Below are positions 40,779 through 50,552 of a stretch of DNA of 64,000 nucleotides, one piece after another; within the stretch, counting starts at the first letter, position 1; every line of letters starts with the position of its first letter. The translations under genes and the position numbers were made by a program. Below the pieces are notes generated by a model. That model did no database searches. It had not been told where the DNA came from and saw nothing but the letters and a program-made list of their open reading frames with translations. Source of the DNA: an uncultured Nitrospiraceae bacterium (GTDB lineage Bacteria > Nitrospirota > Thermodesulfovibrionia > Thermodesulfovibrionales > Dissulfurispiraceae); assembly GCA_963727805.1 (NCBI GenBank), contig CAVSHF010000005.1, positions 1 to 64,000 on the forward strand. Direction: 5' to 3'.

Positions 40779-41873
40779 ATGAACCGGTCTATTAAAGAAT
40801 TGACAAGGATCTTGTTGGTTGTTGCCATTCTTGCTGGTGGGACGCGGTCTGGAACTTCGGATGTCTTGGCCCAGGAGATTGATGGCAATGCCGCGAACGC
40901 CCAAAAGCTCGCCATGGAAGAATTCATAGTGCCGACGGCGGACCCCGGCATCAGTCTTTACCTGCGCAACAAGCATCCGCAAGGGGTAATGCAGTTCCCA
41001 GGCGAAAAGATCCTGCTCTTCGTGCATGGTGCCACCTACCCCGCCGAGACCACGTTCGATCTAAAGCTGAACGGCCTGTCCTGGATGGACTACATCGCGA
41101 GCCATGGCTATGACGTGTATCTGGTCGACGTACGCGGGTACGGCAAATCCACGCGCCCGCCCGAGATGGACAAGCCGGCTTTGGACAACGAGCCAATCGC
41201 CCGCACCGAGACCGCGGTCAAGGACGTTAGTGCGGCTGTGGATTTCATCCTTAAGCGTCGCGGCGTTTCGAAGATCAACCTACTGGGCTGGTCATGGGGC
41301 ACCGCCATCATGGGCTGGTACACCGCGCAGAACAACGACAAAGTCAACCGGCTGGTGCTCTTCGCACCAAAATGGATCCGCAACACCGCAGCGCTCACGG
41401 ATCCTGGCGGCAAGATCGGTGCCTACCGCACCGTGTCGCGCGACGCTGCGAAAGCCCGCTGGCTCACGGGCGTGGCGGAGGACAAGAAAGCGGCCTTGAT
41501 CCCGCCGGGCTGGTTCGATGCATGGGCGGACGCCACCTTCGCGACCGACCCGGCGGGCTCGAAGCAAACACCCCCCGTGCTGCGCGCGCCCAACGGGGTG
41601 GTGCAGGACGAGCGCACGTTCTGGAGTGCGGGAATGGCGTTGTACGACCCTGCAGGGATCCGCGTCCCTACCTTCCTGGCGCACGCCGAGTGGGATGCCG
41701 ACCTGCCGAGCTACATGCTGCACGCCTACTTCGCCAAGCTGACTAGTGCACCCTATAAGCGATACGTCGAAATAGGCGAAGGCACGCACACGGTCTTTAT
41801 GGAGAAGAACCGCATGCAACTATTCCGGGAGGTTCAGCAGTTCCTCGATGAAAGACTCAAGCCTAACCAGTGA
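40779..41873 (+). CDS. Exported alpha/beta hydrolase
   Basis: FVHGAT, DVRGYGKS, GWSWG nucleophile elbow, GTH. Confidence 0.88.
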   Translation: MNRSIKELTRILLVVAILAGGTRSGTSDVLAQEIDGNAANAQKLAMEEFIVPTADPGISLYLRNKHPQGVMQFPGEKILLFVHGATYPAETTFDLKLNGLSWMDYIASHGYDVYLVDVRGYGKSTRPPEMDKPALDNEPIARTETAVKDVSAAVDFILKRRGVSKINLLGWSWGTAIMGWYTAQNNDKVNRLVLFAPKWIRNTAALTDPGGKIGAYRTVSRDAAKARWLTGVAEDKKAALIPPGWFDAWADATFATDPAGSKQTPPVLRAPNGVVQDERTFWSAGMALYDPAGIRVPTFLAHAEWDADLPSYMLHAYFAKLTSAPYKRYVEIGEGTHTVFMEKNRMQLFREVQQFLDERLKPNQ

Positions 41874-41890
41874 CACTCCCCGTGGCTAGC

Positions 41891-43571
41891 AGGCTGTCCG
41901 ACAATTATCGAAATTAGAGACAAATGACGGATGCCTCGCCATCCTGAAAACATAACGGGGCTATCTGCTTTATACATAGTATCTCCAGCAAAAGCTTCCT
42001 TGGCGTATGGCAGTAGTTGCCCTCTTTCGGAGGCTTTCCTCTTCCCTTCAGGCATTCCCATATCTTTTTCAGATTTACTGCCGTACAGGCAAGGTTAAAT
42101 TCCGACCTTACCGAATTAATTCCTCTCGTCAGAAATGTTCGCAATCCTTTGTTCTCCTTGATATCGCCGATCACAGGTTCAACAATCTGTTGTCTAAGCT
42201 TATATATATATCTTGCTGCAGGCGTTTTCATTTTTTCAGTCATCGCATTGCAGTGAACTTCGTGAGGGAACACCTTCAGAGAGCGTATGCCGTCCTTCTG
42301 TTTGGTACACAGTCGCTGATGCTCACATCCCAAGCATCTCTGACCACGATAGACTCTCACCATCTTGTCCCTCTGTCTGTCAAAATGTTCGCCCAAGAAT
42401 GTTAGCGGGTGATCAGCAGGACAAATATACTCATCCCTTTGTTTATTGTATGTAAAGTTCTTCTTGTCGTATGGGTTGTTTGCCCGCGTCCCACTATTGT
42501 CAGGCATGTATGCATCTATCTTCCTGTCCGATAGAAATGCAATGTTCTCACCGCTAAAATATCCAGAATCAAAACTCCAAATAATACTATCAGCAATTCC
42601 GCCAAGATTCTCTGTGGTTTGTATAACCTGAGGTTGCAACTGGCTGACATCTGCAGCATTCTGCCCCACGTCACTAGCCAAAATGAACCCACCCTTATCC
42701 ACTGTCACCTGAGGATTATAAGAAAGCTCTATCCTGCCTTTCTTATTTTTCATAAAACGACTATCAGGATCTGTCGTGCTTACCTGCTTTAGCCCTTCCT
42801 CATTAACTTTGTCTTGAGCTCCTTGAAGACCTTCTCTGAGTCGACCTATAAAAACATGCCCTTCTTCTTTAGCCCTCTTAACATAGTACTGTGCAGCTTT
42901 CTGAACAAGTTTTTTGCCCTGCCGGGACAGTTGGTCGCTACCCCGTAGTTCACCGAACTGCCGATCCTCACTCTCATCAATCTCTGCCCACTCCTGAAGC
43001 TCACCATCGACAAAGCTTCTCAGAACCGCCAACTCCTCTTTTGTTAATACTCGCCTGTTTGATGCATTTGCCTTCACTTTGGTTCCATCTGTCGACAGAT
43101 GCGACAAATCCAACAATCCTTCCTCTTTGGCAAAACTAACTGTGTGCTTGAAGACTTCCTTTAGTAGATCAGGGTTGTTCTTTCTGAAATCGCTGATAGT
43201 CCTGAAGTCAGGAGTCAGCTTCTCCGCCAAATATATATACACCACGTTCTCTCTGGCATTGCGTGCCAGTCGACGAGATGAGCGCACCCTGTCCAGAACT
43301 CCCATGATCAGCAACTTCACCAGCATTTTTGGATGATATGCCGGATGTCCGGCACCTGAATAGCGGATATCGAAGCAACCATAATCCAGGGAGTCAACCA
43401 ATCCTTCAATGAGAAAACAAATATGATCTTCGGGTATCATATCTTCTAAACTCGGCGGCAGTAGCCAGGATTGCCCTCCATACGACTCAATGTATGCCAT
43501 CGGGTGTACTCCTTGATATCGTTCTTAAATATATTCTACCACCGGATAACTTGATAATTGTCGGACAGCCT
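41891..43571 (-). mobile_element. IS1182 family element, copy 2 (inverted)
   Basis: Same IRs, same 1681-bp length and identical protein to copy 1; GCTAGC on both flanks. Confidence 0.92.
41914..43500 (-). CDS. IS1182 family transposase
   Basis: Identical protein to 32857-34443. Confidence 0.93.
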   Translation of the reverse strand: MAYIESYGGQSWLLPPSLEDMIPEDHICFLIEGLVDSLDYGCFDIRYSGAGHPAYHPKMLVKLLIMGVLDRVRSSRRLARNARENVVYIYLAEKLTPDFRTISDFRKNNPDLLKEVFKHTVSFAKEEGLLDLSHLSTDGTKVKANASNRRVLTKEELAVLRSFVDGELQEWAEIDESEDRQFGELRGSDQLSRQGKKLVQKAAQYYVKRAKEEGHVFIGRLREGLQGAQDKVNEEGLKQVSTTDPDSRFMKNKKGRIELSYNPQVTVDKGGFILASDVGQNAADVSQLQPQVIQTTENLGGIADSIIWSFDSGYFSGENIAFLSDRKIDAYMPDNSGTRANNPYDKKNFTYNKQRDEYICPADHPLTFLGEHFDRQRDKMVRVYRGQRCLGCEHQRLCTKQKDGIRSLKVFPHEVHCNAMTEKMKTPAARYIYKLRQQIVEPVIGDIKENKGLRTFLTRGINSVRSEFNLACTAVNLKKIWECLKGRGKPPKEGNYCHTPRKLLLEILCIKQIAPLCFQDGEASVICL

Positions 43572-43794
43572 GCTAGCCACGGGGCATCTATAACACAGCG
43601 GAAGACCGCTGTGTAGGTTCTGGACTACGCCAGAACCTCAGAGGATAAGGGGAACTTCCAGTCCCCCTTATAACCCTCCGGCAAGGATGCCATTCATCCC
43701 ACGCGCCAAGGCGCGGGGCATTCTGGCATGGCTTTGGTAATTGTAGACCGGACAAGCCCGGTATGGAAGTCGCGAACCGACACGAACGATGAGA

Positions 43795-43866
43795 GGGCTA
43801 ACCACCGTCATGCGCACTGACGCGCGCAACAGTGGCTCCTGCCGGTGATGCGGAGTGTTATGCACT
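43795..43866. repeat. attC-like site
   Basis: GGCTAAC...GCACTGAC...CCGGTGATGC...GTTATGC. Confidence 0.55.
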
Positions 43867-44021
43867 CAGCGGACTATATTTCGGGTAACCGCCTTCAGTG
43901 TATTCAGGATACCAGCCGGCGATGATTCCTGTGAGCATCTGTTGCCGCAATGACAACACCTCAGCCCTCTCGCTGATTATGTTTATAACTGAAATAACTA
44001 TCGAAAGCAGATTCTCAGTAA

Positions 44022-44082
44022 CTACTCATAATCTCGAGTCCGCTCGATATGGTACAGATACTAGGTTACGACCGGTAATTGT
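44022..44082 (+). repeat. Type-A dispersed site
   Basis: CTACTCATAATC-N30-GGTTACGACCGGTAATT; close copy at 44551. Confidence 0.85.
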
Positions 44083-44178
44083 TACCCAGCTTAGATCATG
44101 GCGTACTTGCACTTTAGGCGTAAATCTACTTCTTCCGTTAATGATGATGCCTTTGGCCCGTCCCTGCTTTCAGCCCTA

Positions 44179-44475
44179 TCATATGAAGAAGTAGCCAATA
44201 TAACTCACCAATAAAACTAAGGGAGGCACCGCGATGGCTAAACGCGCAGTCAGAGAATTCAGTTGTTTACTCATCACTGCTGTTATGATATATATTGTCC
44301 ATGTCGCTACTCCACACCAAAACATGGCACTGGCTAAATGAGTCCAGAGTTGCCAAGACTGAAGGTCGCCAATGCCTGCTTTATCCATCGCGGTATCCGC
44401 TCTATATATGGCATATATAAAGCAACCTATGCTGATGAGCTGAGTTGCCCACAGAATGAGAAAGACCTTCTTCAT
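44179..44475 (-). CDS. Small membrane protein
   Basis: Three hydrophobic segments; sole gene between two type-A sites. Confidence 0.65.
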   Translation of the reverse strand: MKKVFLILWATQLISIGCFIYAIYRADTAMDKAGIGDLQSWQLWTHLASAMFWCGVATWTIYIITAVMSKQLNSLTARLAIAVPPLVLLVSYIGYFFI

Positions 44476-44550
44476 TTATCTATCACCATAACGCTAAATA
44501 TGTGACATTATCTATTGTCACCTTTCTGCAAATATAGCACAAATTTAGTA

Positions 44551-44612
44551 CTGCTTATTATCTCGAGTCCGCTCGTTATGGTAAAGAGACTAGGTTACGA
44601 TCGGTAATTGTT
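44551..44612 (+). repeat. Type-A dispersed site
   Basis: CTGCTTATTATC-N30-GGTTACGATCGGTAATT. Confidence 0.85.
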
Positions 44613-45110
44613 AAGCCTTCCCACCCAAGTGACCAGATTATTGCCAAGGTCGTCCCGTCGGACTCCTTTCTTCTTTGATAAATCCGCACGGCACTGCTGG
44701 TTCATTTATTTAGTTGCTGTTGCTTGACTCTGCCTGTTTCGTGATAGAATTGAGAAACCATAGAATAATCTTAAAGGAGACTATTAGATCAAGGAGTTGA
44801 TAAATGGAGAGAAATATTCAACGCGAATTTATGGCAGCGCCGTGGTTTGTCGGTCTTTGGGCAGTTTGGGGAGCTGCATGTTTACTCACTGTATTTCTAA
44901 AATTGCTAATGGGTAAATGGATAATTGCAACATGCTATTTAATAATGGCTTCCTCAATGGCTTTTCTTGTTTATAGATTTTTAAATAACCCAATAATTAA
45001 ATTCCGCATTGACTCAATTGAAATTCTGAACGGGCCTATGTTCTCTGTGAGACATATCTCGAACTCTGATATTTCGCGTCTCGAAAATAAGAGCAATTCT
45101 AAATATAGGA

Positions 45111-46945
45111 GTCGAGTGGCGCGAGGGAATCTCACCCTCACGCTCTCCCAGATCCGGACGTGACAGTCTCCCGTCATCCGGCTCCTATCATCCAGCCTAA
45201 GGTTGAAACCCAGCAATCCAATGGGCGAACAGAGAAGGCTGTCGACAGGCTATCTGTCTCAACCATATTGTCGCCCTCCGGTTATTGGATTTAAACCATT
45301 TGTATTTCCTTTGCATGCATCGGACTAGAATACTATTGAAAGTTTTGAAGATCGGGTACAGTGCAGATTTGTAGTACTGACCATAGTAGTTGATCCAACC
45401 CCGAAGGACTGGATTACAGAAACGTGAAAGCTCTTCAAGGCTCTTGTCACTGCGCCGGTGAATGAACCAACTCCTCATGACTCCACGAATTGCACTGGAC
45501 GCCTTATTACTCACAGCTGGGCTGAAGTTCACAAAGTAATTTCCAGACCGACTCTTTGATCTCCGGGGTCGAAAAGTGTACCCGAGAAAATCAAAGCTCT
45601 CATTCAGGTAACTCTCTTGTCTCAATCCATCCTTACAATAGACAATCTTTGTCTTTTCAGGATGAAGCTCCAGCTTGCACTGCGTAAGCCGCCGTCCAAT
45701 CTCCGTTCTGAGCCATTTGGCTTGCTTCTCACTTTTACAGTGCACAATAGCGTCGTCGGCGTAACGCTCGAAAGGAATGGTTGGAAAGTTTCGTTTCATC
45801 CACTCATCAAACGCATAGTGGAGGAAAAGATTAGCGAGCAGTGGACTTGCGACACCCCCTTGGGGAGTGCCCTTGTCACGGCTCACTCGCGTTCCGTCTT
45901 TCAATTGGGCAGGGGCCTTAAGCCATCGCTCAATGTATAACAGAATCCACTTGCATTCAGTATGCTTTCTAACAGCACGCATAACGAGGTCGTGATCCAG
46001 ATTATCAAAGAACCCTTTGATGTCTAAGTCCACAACCCAGTCATAACGCCAGCATCTCTGACGTGCTACCCCTACCGCTTCAATCGCTGACTTTCCCGGC
46101 CTGTATCCATAGGAATCCTGATGAAAATGAGGCTCCACTTCAGGCTCCAGATACATCTTAACCACCATCTGCGCAATCCGATCTCCTACCGTAGGAATAC
46201 CCAGAGGCCTTATACCTCCGTTATCCTTCGGTATTTCCACGGTGCGCACCGGTGGCGGAAAGTAGCTCCCCGACGACATCCGATTCCAGAGCTTGTAGAG
46301 ATTATCCTTAAGATTCCTCTCAAACTCCTCGATCGATTCCCCATCCACGCCAGCAGCACCACCATTTGCCCTTACCCGTCTAAAGGCTTCCAATACTACT
46401 TGCTTAGAAATACTAAACGGCTTTGCCTTACTCAATAGCTCCTCCCAACAAATGGTTGACTATTCAATAAAGCTGGACGATGTAGCCCCTTTGCTCCGGT
46501 CCCATTACGAACCTTCATCGCTACTGCTGGCTACTCCGCCTCTGTGCTCCGCATCGGTACTCTCATTCTCATGGGGCCACCACTTGAACTTCTCCCTTAG
46601 CATCGGAGCGACAGTTTCCCACGTTCCACACAAGAGCCTGGATCAGCTTCATGCCGCCTTTATGCCGGACGCCGTTCAGGCAGTAAACAGGTATCTCCTG
46701 AACTAATCCTGATGTAAAATAAGATACATCAGTTTTGACGTCGTCCTTTACCTTTCGACACCTCATCAGCGGTTCGCTTGTGCTCATCTCTCTGATCCTT
46801 ACCTGACACGATCTTGTCGTGCCTTTTCCTTAACGCTCACCACACTGGCTCTTTACCAGTGCAGCTTAAGGTGGTTTGAAGCCTGCTCCTGTAAACCGGC
46901 TTCGAGGGGCCAGCCCTCATCTTCTTGTGCAGCCTCGTGGCGCAC
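45111..46945 (-). mobile_element. Group II intron, bacterial class D (RmInt1-like)
   Basis: GTGCG 5' end; domain V GAGCCGGATGAC...CACGTCCGGA; ...CTCGAC 3' end; RT ORF inside. Confidence 0.92.
45197..46435 (-). CDS. ltrA: Group II intron reverse transcriptase/maturase without endonuclease domain
   Basis: AAGVDG, RPLGIPTVGDR, GTPQGG, RYADD, FDFLGY, LRGWINYY. Confidence 0.95.
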   Translation of the reverse strand: MSKAKPFSISKQVVLEAFRRVRANGGAAGVDGESIEEFERNLKDNLYKLWNRMSSGSYFPPPVRTVEIPKDNGGIRPLGIPTVGDRIAQMVVKMYLEPEVEPHFHQDSYGYRPGKSAIEAVGVARQRCWRYDWVVDLDIKGFFDNLDHDLVMRAVRKHTECKWILLYIERWLKAPAQLKDGTRVSRDKGTPQGGVASPLLANLFLHYAFDEWMKRNFPTIPFERYADDAIVHCKSEKQAKWLRTEIGRRLTQCKLELHPEKTKIVYCKDGLRQESYLNESFDFLGYTFRPRRSKSRSGNYFVNFSPAVSNKASSAIRGVMRSWFIHRRSDKSLEELSRFCNPVLRGWINYYGQYYKSALYPIFKTFNSILVRCMQRKYKWFKSNNRRATIWLRQIACRQPSLFAHWIAGFQP

Positions 46946-47164
46946 TTATCTTGGCAAATCATAAATCAATTGCACTTCCTATTAAATGGTTGAAAAAGGT
47001 GGAGCGCAAATTGGTAATTTCTGAAATAGAAAAAAGAGTTACTAAGACGGTCAGTAAAAATGTCGGATGATTTTCCCAATAAAATTATACGCTTGGCAAT
47101 CTTCACTGCTGTTGACTGCAGCTATCATCATTTGGTGGGATCGAGAACAGACCACTGAAAATTC

Positions 47165-47224
47165 CTACTTAAAATCTCCATCTCTGCATATGAGGCGCGG
47201 GGTGGAGATTATTTCTGAAAATCT
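47165..47224 (+). repeat. Type-A dispersed site
   Basis: CTACTTAAAATC-N30-GATTATTTCTGAAAATC. Confidence 0.85.
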
Positions 47225-47241
47225 AGACTGACGCTCTTCTC

Positions 47242-48186
47242 CTAGAAATACCGCCTGCACCAAAGACACTGACTGAGACTACACAGTTTATACGATTTGC
47301 TCCGTTTTGAAGCCATTGGCTGTCGTTTCATAGTAAAGATTAAAAGGGTCCCGCTGACAATACCGGTTAATAATCCACTGGCTAGTGAAACAGTATAGTG
47401 ATAAATAGATAGAACCAGGTCTGCGGTCTCTTTGCTTGTAAAATAGAACTTCATGGCTCCAAAAATAACGGATAAGAGTACATTCATCATGAAATAGCAG
47501 CTGAATCCCGTCAGGCCGGCAAGGACAAGCAGCCATGTTTGTGTCCTATCCCTTCGGGCCATACCAAGAGACAAGCCGATTCCACATCCCATTAATGCAT
47601 GAGCCAGAGTTAAAGGGTATCCTGGCACCAACACCCAGGCAATACGAGACAGTCTCTCCGGATATAATGCATCGAGGATCAAGAATCCATAGGACATGCA
47701 CACCATATAGCCTATGCCACAAGTTATCGCTCCAACCAAGACGGACAATTTAAGCCGGGGATTGTAATTGCGCTTTAGAAGATAAAATACGGTTAATGCG
47801 CTACCGACTGAGTAAATCGCACAACCCACATACAATGGATAGATCGAATGTGTCAGCCGGTAGAGGACCGGTCTTACGATAACCTCAATAACGGCCCAGA
47901 GAAGTCCTAACCCCAAACCGTCCGGATATAGATGTGTTGCAAGCTCTCTGGAGCATTCAGCAAGCCAAGCCCTCACAGATGGGCTCTGGGTTGCATCCAT
48001 ATCGACAAGTACCGGATGATTTCTCTGCTCAGGCAGGCTGCCTGTGCGCTCCAGCAGCGTCTCGCGAATGGCGTCAAAGGCTTCATCTGTCCATTCGTCC
48101 CTGTTGTTGCGGACCCAAATGGCTTCAATCTCCTCCGTCTCCATCCTGGCTATGCTGGCATGCACTTCCGATAAGTCGCTGTCCAT
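47242..48186 (-). CDS. Multi-pass membrane hypothetical protein
   Basis: N-terminal EWTDEAF motif followed by ~6 TM segments. Confidence 0.65.
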   Translation of the reverse strand: MDSDLSEVHASIARMETEEIEAIWVRNNRDEWTDEAFDAIRETLLERTGSLPEQRNHPVLVDMDATQSPSVRAWLAECSRELATHLYPDGLGLGLLWAVIEVIVRPVLYRLTHSIYPLYVGCAIYSVGSALTVFYLLKRNYNPRLKLSVLVGAITCGIGYMVCMSYGFLILDALYPERLSRIAWVLVPGYPLTLAHALMGCGIGLSLGMARRDRTQTWLLVLAGLTGFSCYFMMNVLLSVIFGAMKFYFTSKETADLVLSIYHYTVSLASGLLTGIVSGTLLIFTMKRQPMASKRSKSYKLCSLSQCLWCRRYF

Positions 48187-48439
48187 TACTCCCTCTTTAT
48201 CCCCGCACGTGAAATGGATTGCCCCGTGTTACGTTCCTGTATGAATATATGCCCATGCGACCTTCCTTTTATCATCTTTTCGCAACCTACAGCACAAATT
48301 TGTTCCTACTTATAACCTTTAAAAAAGCCTACCATGAGTACACTGATGGGTACGAGCGCAAATCTTGAGTGGTCGGTTAGCAATAACACCGACTTATTCT
48401 CAGTTATTGAAAGCTGCAACTACTGACGATTTGCGAGAG

Positions 48440-48511
48440 TACCACGCGGAAAGCCCGGCTTCAGGCGCGCAGCACTTGAGGCGCGTCGATCTGAAAGCCG
48501 CTGTTAGGTGG
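48440..48511. repeat. attC-like site downstream of GC-rich gene
   Basis: CGGCTTCAG-GCGCG...GCGCG-TCGATCTGAAAGCCG-CTGTTAGGT palindrome. Confidence 0.55.
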
Positions 48512-48645
48512 CAGCCCCATATGCATGTGCCTGGCGAGTGTCGGCTTTCGGCACATAAACAGTCAGTAAATCACAAGCGTTGCTGCGCTGTCCTTTCGAC
48601 GCCGTTCTTTACCCTCAGGTGAACAAGCGGAGCTCCGTGTCGCGC

Positions 48646-49995
48646 TCAGCGCTTCCACTCGTCGTGTGCGGCTTTGATCGCACCCGGAAAGGCGACAACG
48701 TCCGACGGAAACACCTCGATAAACAGACTGTTTGCGCTCCGCCCCGCCCCCCCTTGCGGATACATGCCCCGGCGGAGCATCTTGAGGAAGGACTGCTCGT
48801 CGCACGGGATTGGGTTCTGCAACTTCTCCAAGAATCCCTTGCCTCGCCCACCGCAGGCTGCGCCCTTGCCGTTCTTGCCGAGCCACATGTTGGTCTGCCA
48901 GGCGACCCCCACGTTGTTGGCGCGCGCCAAGGCGACAGTTCGCTGGTCCGCAGGCTCATCAGCAATCAGGAAGCAATCCTGCACCACGAAGTGCCCCGGG
49001 AGAGCCTTCGCGGCCGTGCGAACCAACTCGTCGAGCAGTTGGTCATTGATCCCCAGCGCCTGAAGCCGCGGCCTCGGTCGCCCGTCTTCGCCAATGGGCG
49101 GGAACGCGAACTGGACGATAATGGGGAGAACGACCGCCGTGCTGGGGAAGTACCGTTCGAACGACGCGGCGATCCCCGCCATCGCGCGGACCACGAGCGA
49201 TGGTCGATACCCGGCCTCTTGCCACACGCGCGGCTGGTCGTTGACGCACTGGCTTCTGGCTTCCGCGGGGGTCGCACCAGGCAGTCCGAGTTCCTCCGTG
49301 AGGGTTTGGATGCCCGTGAGCTTGATGAAGACGACGTCGCGGTCATAGCCCGTCTCCCGCAGGTGAGCGGCCAGCTGCTCCAGCATGCCAGCGAATGCCA
49401 CCTGGTAGCCGGCATCCCAAGGTGGAGGCATCGAAATCCTCTGGCAGGGTTCGTTGCCACCATGGTAGTTCACGGCGAAATCGAGGCGCCGGAGGGCAAG
49501 GCCGTGCGGAGGCTTCTCGAACAGCCACTCCGGATTGCCTTTGCCTGCTATGACTGAGAGCTCTACCGCCAGATGGTGTGACCGCGCGAGCGCGAGCTGG
49601 CGGTCCATCGCCGTGAAGTCGTAGGTCTTTCGCGTCGGCGAAATCTCTGCCCAAGTGAAGTGCACACCGATCCCATCGACCCCCGGGACGGCGAGAGCTT
49701 TGTCGAAGTCGCCGTTCTGGATCATCCATTTGGTGGGCCACACGAAGATACCGCGGGCGGAGTCATTCCTGGGGTTCGGGTTCAAGCTTGCCCGGCATGC
49801 GGCCGAGAGTTCTGAAGAGTGTTGCTTGAGGCACGCGATGATTCGCCCCCCACCGGGCTGGACATCCTTGCATAGGGCTTGCGCTTCGGCCTGGCACGGC
49901 CAAGGCTCCGGAGTCGCGGCCCACGCTTGCGAGGCGCAAATGATAATCCCGACCATGATCGTAGAGATCGACAGTTCGATTCTTTTCATCGCCAC
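48646..49995 (-). CDS. Secreted glycoside-hydrolase-like protein with Cys-rich repeat
   Basis: C......LC..VQPGGGRI..CLK...ELS..C repeat; W.EI.P....YDF..MD and P.W TIM-barrel-like motifs; GC-rich. Confidence 0.65.
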   Translation of the reverse strand: MAMKRIELSISTIMVGIIICASQAWAATPEPWPCQAEAQALCKDVQPGGGRIIACLKQHSSELSAACRASLNPNPRNDSARGIFVWPTKWMIQNGDFDKALAVPGVDGIGVHFTWAEISPTRKTYDFTAMDRQLALARSHHLAVELSVIAGKGNPEWLFEKPPHGLALRRLDFAVNYHGGNEPCQRISMPPPWDAGYQVAFAGMLEQLAAHLRETGYDRDVVFIKLTGIQTLTEELGLPGATPAEARSQCVNDQPRVWQEAGYRPSLVVRAMAGIAASFERYFPSTAVVLPIIVQFAFPPIGEDGRPRPRLQALGINDQLLDELVRTAAKALPGHFVVQDCFLIADEPADQRTVALARANNVGVAWQTNMWLGKNGKGAACGGRGKGFLEKLQNPIPCDEQSFLKMLRRGMYPQGGAGRSANSLFIEVFPSDVVAFPGAIKAAHDEWKR

Positions 49996-50195
49996 TCCAT
50001 CGGAACTTGCAAGAACGTGTTTGCTACGCGAGTCGTCCGTAGGCCCGCTTTGGGTCGAAAGCAGCCGCTCTACTCATCGGGGCACCGAACATTATTTTTT
50101 ATGTCGCATGCGTCTTTTTGTTCATTATATCTTGCATGCCTTGTCCCGTCCTATTCCTGAAGTGATAACGCAAAAAGCCATGGGGCGCGGCAGTG

Positions 50196-50393
50196 TTATT
50201 CCTCGTCCCTCTTGCGCGTGTTAGGCGGAGATATTCCCCTTTTTTTCATTTCTTTAGTAACCGTTGCCGGAATGGGACGGCACCCGCAGTATTTTGCATG
50301 TTCACGGTGCCATTCAAGCCTTTGTTCCATTGTGGCTTTGGCAGGCATCCGGTTCTCGAGATGCCAATCTCTATTTAACTTTGACTCTTTCAT
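50196..50393 (-). CDS. Small hypothetical protein
   Basis: LN.DWH..N.MP..AT.EQR..WH.EHA..CGCRPIP. Confidence 0.65.
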   Translation of the reverse strand: MKESKLNRDWHLENRMPAKATMEQRLEWHREHAKYCGCRPIPATVTKEMKKRGISPPNTRKRDEE

Positions 50394-50492
50394 GATTAAG
50401 GGTGGATCAACCTTCAATGCACGTTATTCCATTTGGAATTATGCCATAAGAATAATTCTAAATGGAATGATCCCTAAGCAGAGTCTCGACTC

Positions 50493-50552
50493 CTACTTAA
50501 AATCATCATCGTGAGGACACTGCTCATTATGCAAGATTTCTTCCAGAAATCT
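50493..50552 (+). repeat. Type-A site interrupted at +58..60 by IS1111
   Basis: CTACTTAAAATC-N30-GATTTCTTCCAGAAATCT; resumes AGACTGAAGCTCTTC at 52145. Confidence 0.85.

Larger units (their letters stand above)
41871..43737. mobile_element. Non-autonomous IS200/IS605 derivative (~185 bp) interrupted by IS1182
   Basis: Same end architecture as the 32208 element (TGACACTCCC-hairpin; GGATAAGGG..CCCTTATAACCCT; CATTCATCCCACGCG-hairpin) but no tnpA. Confidence 0.75.
44804..47070 (+). pseudogene. Membrane protein gene split by an antisense group II intron
   Basis: Joining 45110 to 46946 restores the frame ...SKYR-I-ILANHKSIALPIKW... Confidence 0.75.

Noticed and set aside
34467..41890. Composite transposon or inversion between the two IS1182 copies
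   Set aside because: Each copy has its own matching target duplication, indicating independent insertions.
45197..46435. Reverse transcriptase as DGR, retron or CRISPR-RT
   Set aside because: It lies inside complete group II intron boundaries with a maturase domain; no TR/VR pair or cas genes are visible.
48580..49557. Long + strand ORF (325 aa) and other overlapping antisense ORFs such as 7091-7864, 13533-14288 and 24366-25001
   Set aside because: They are shadow frames of well-supported genes on the opposite strand.
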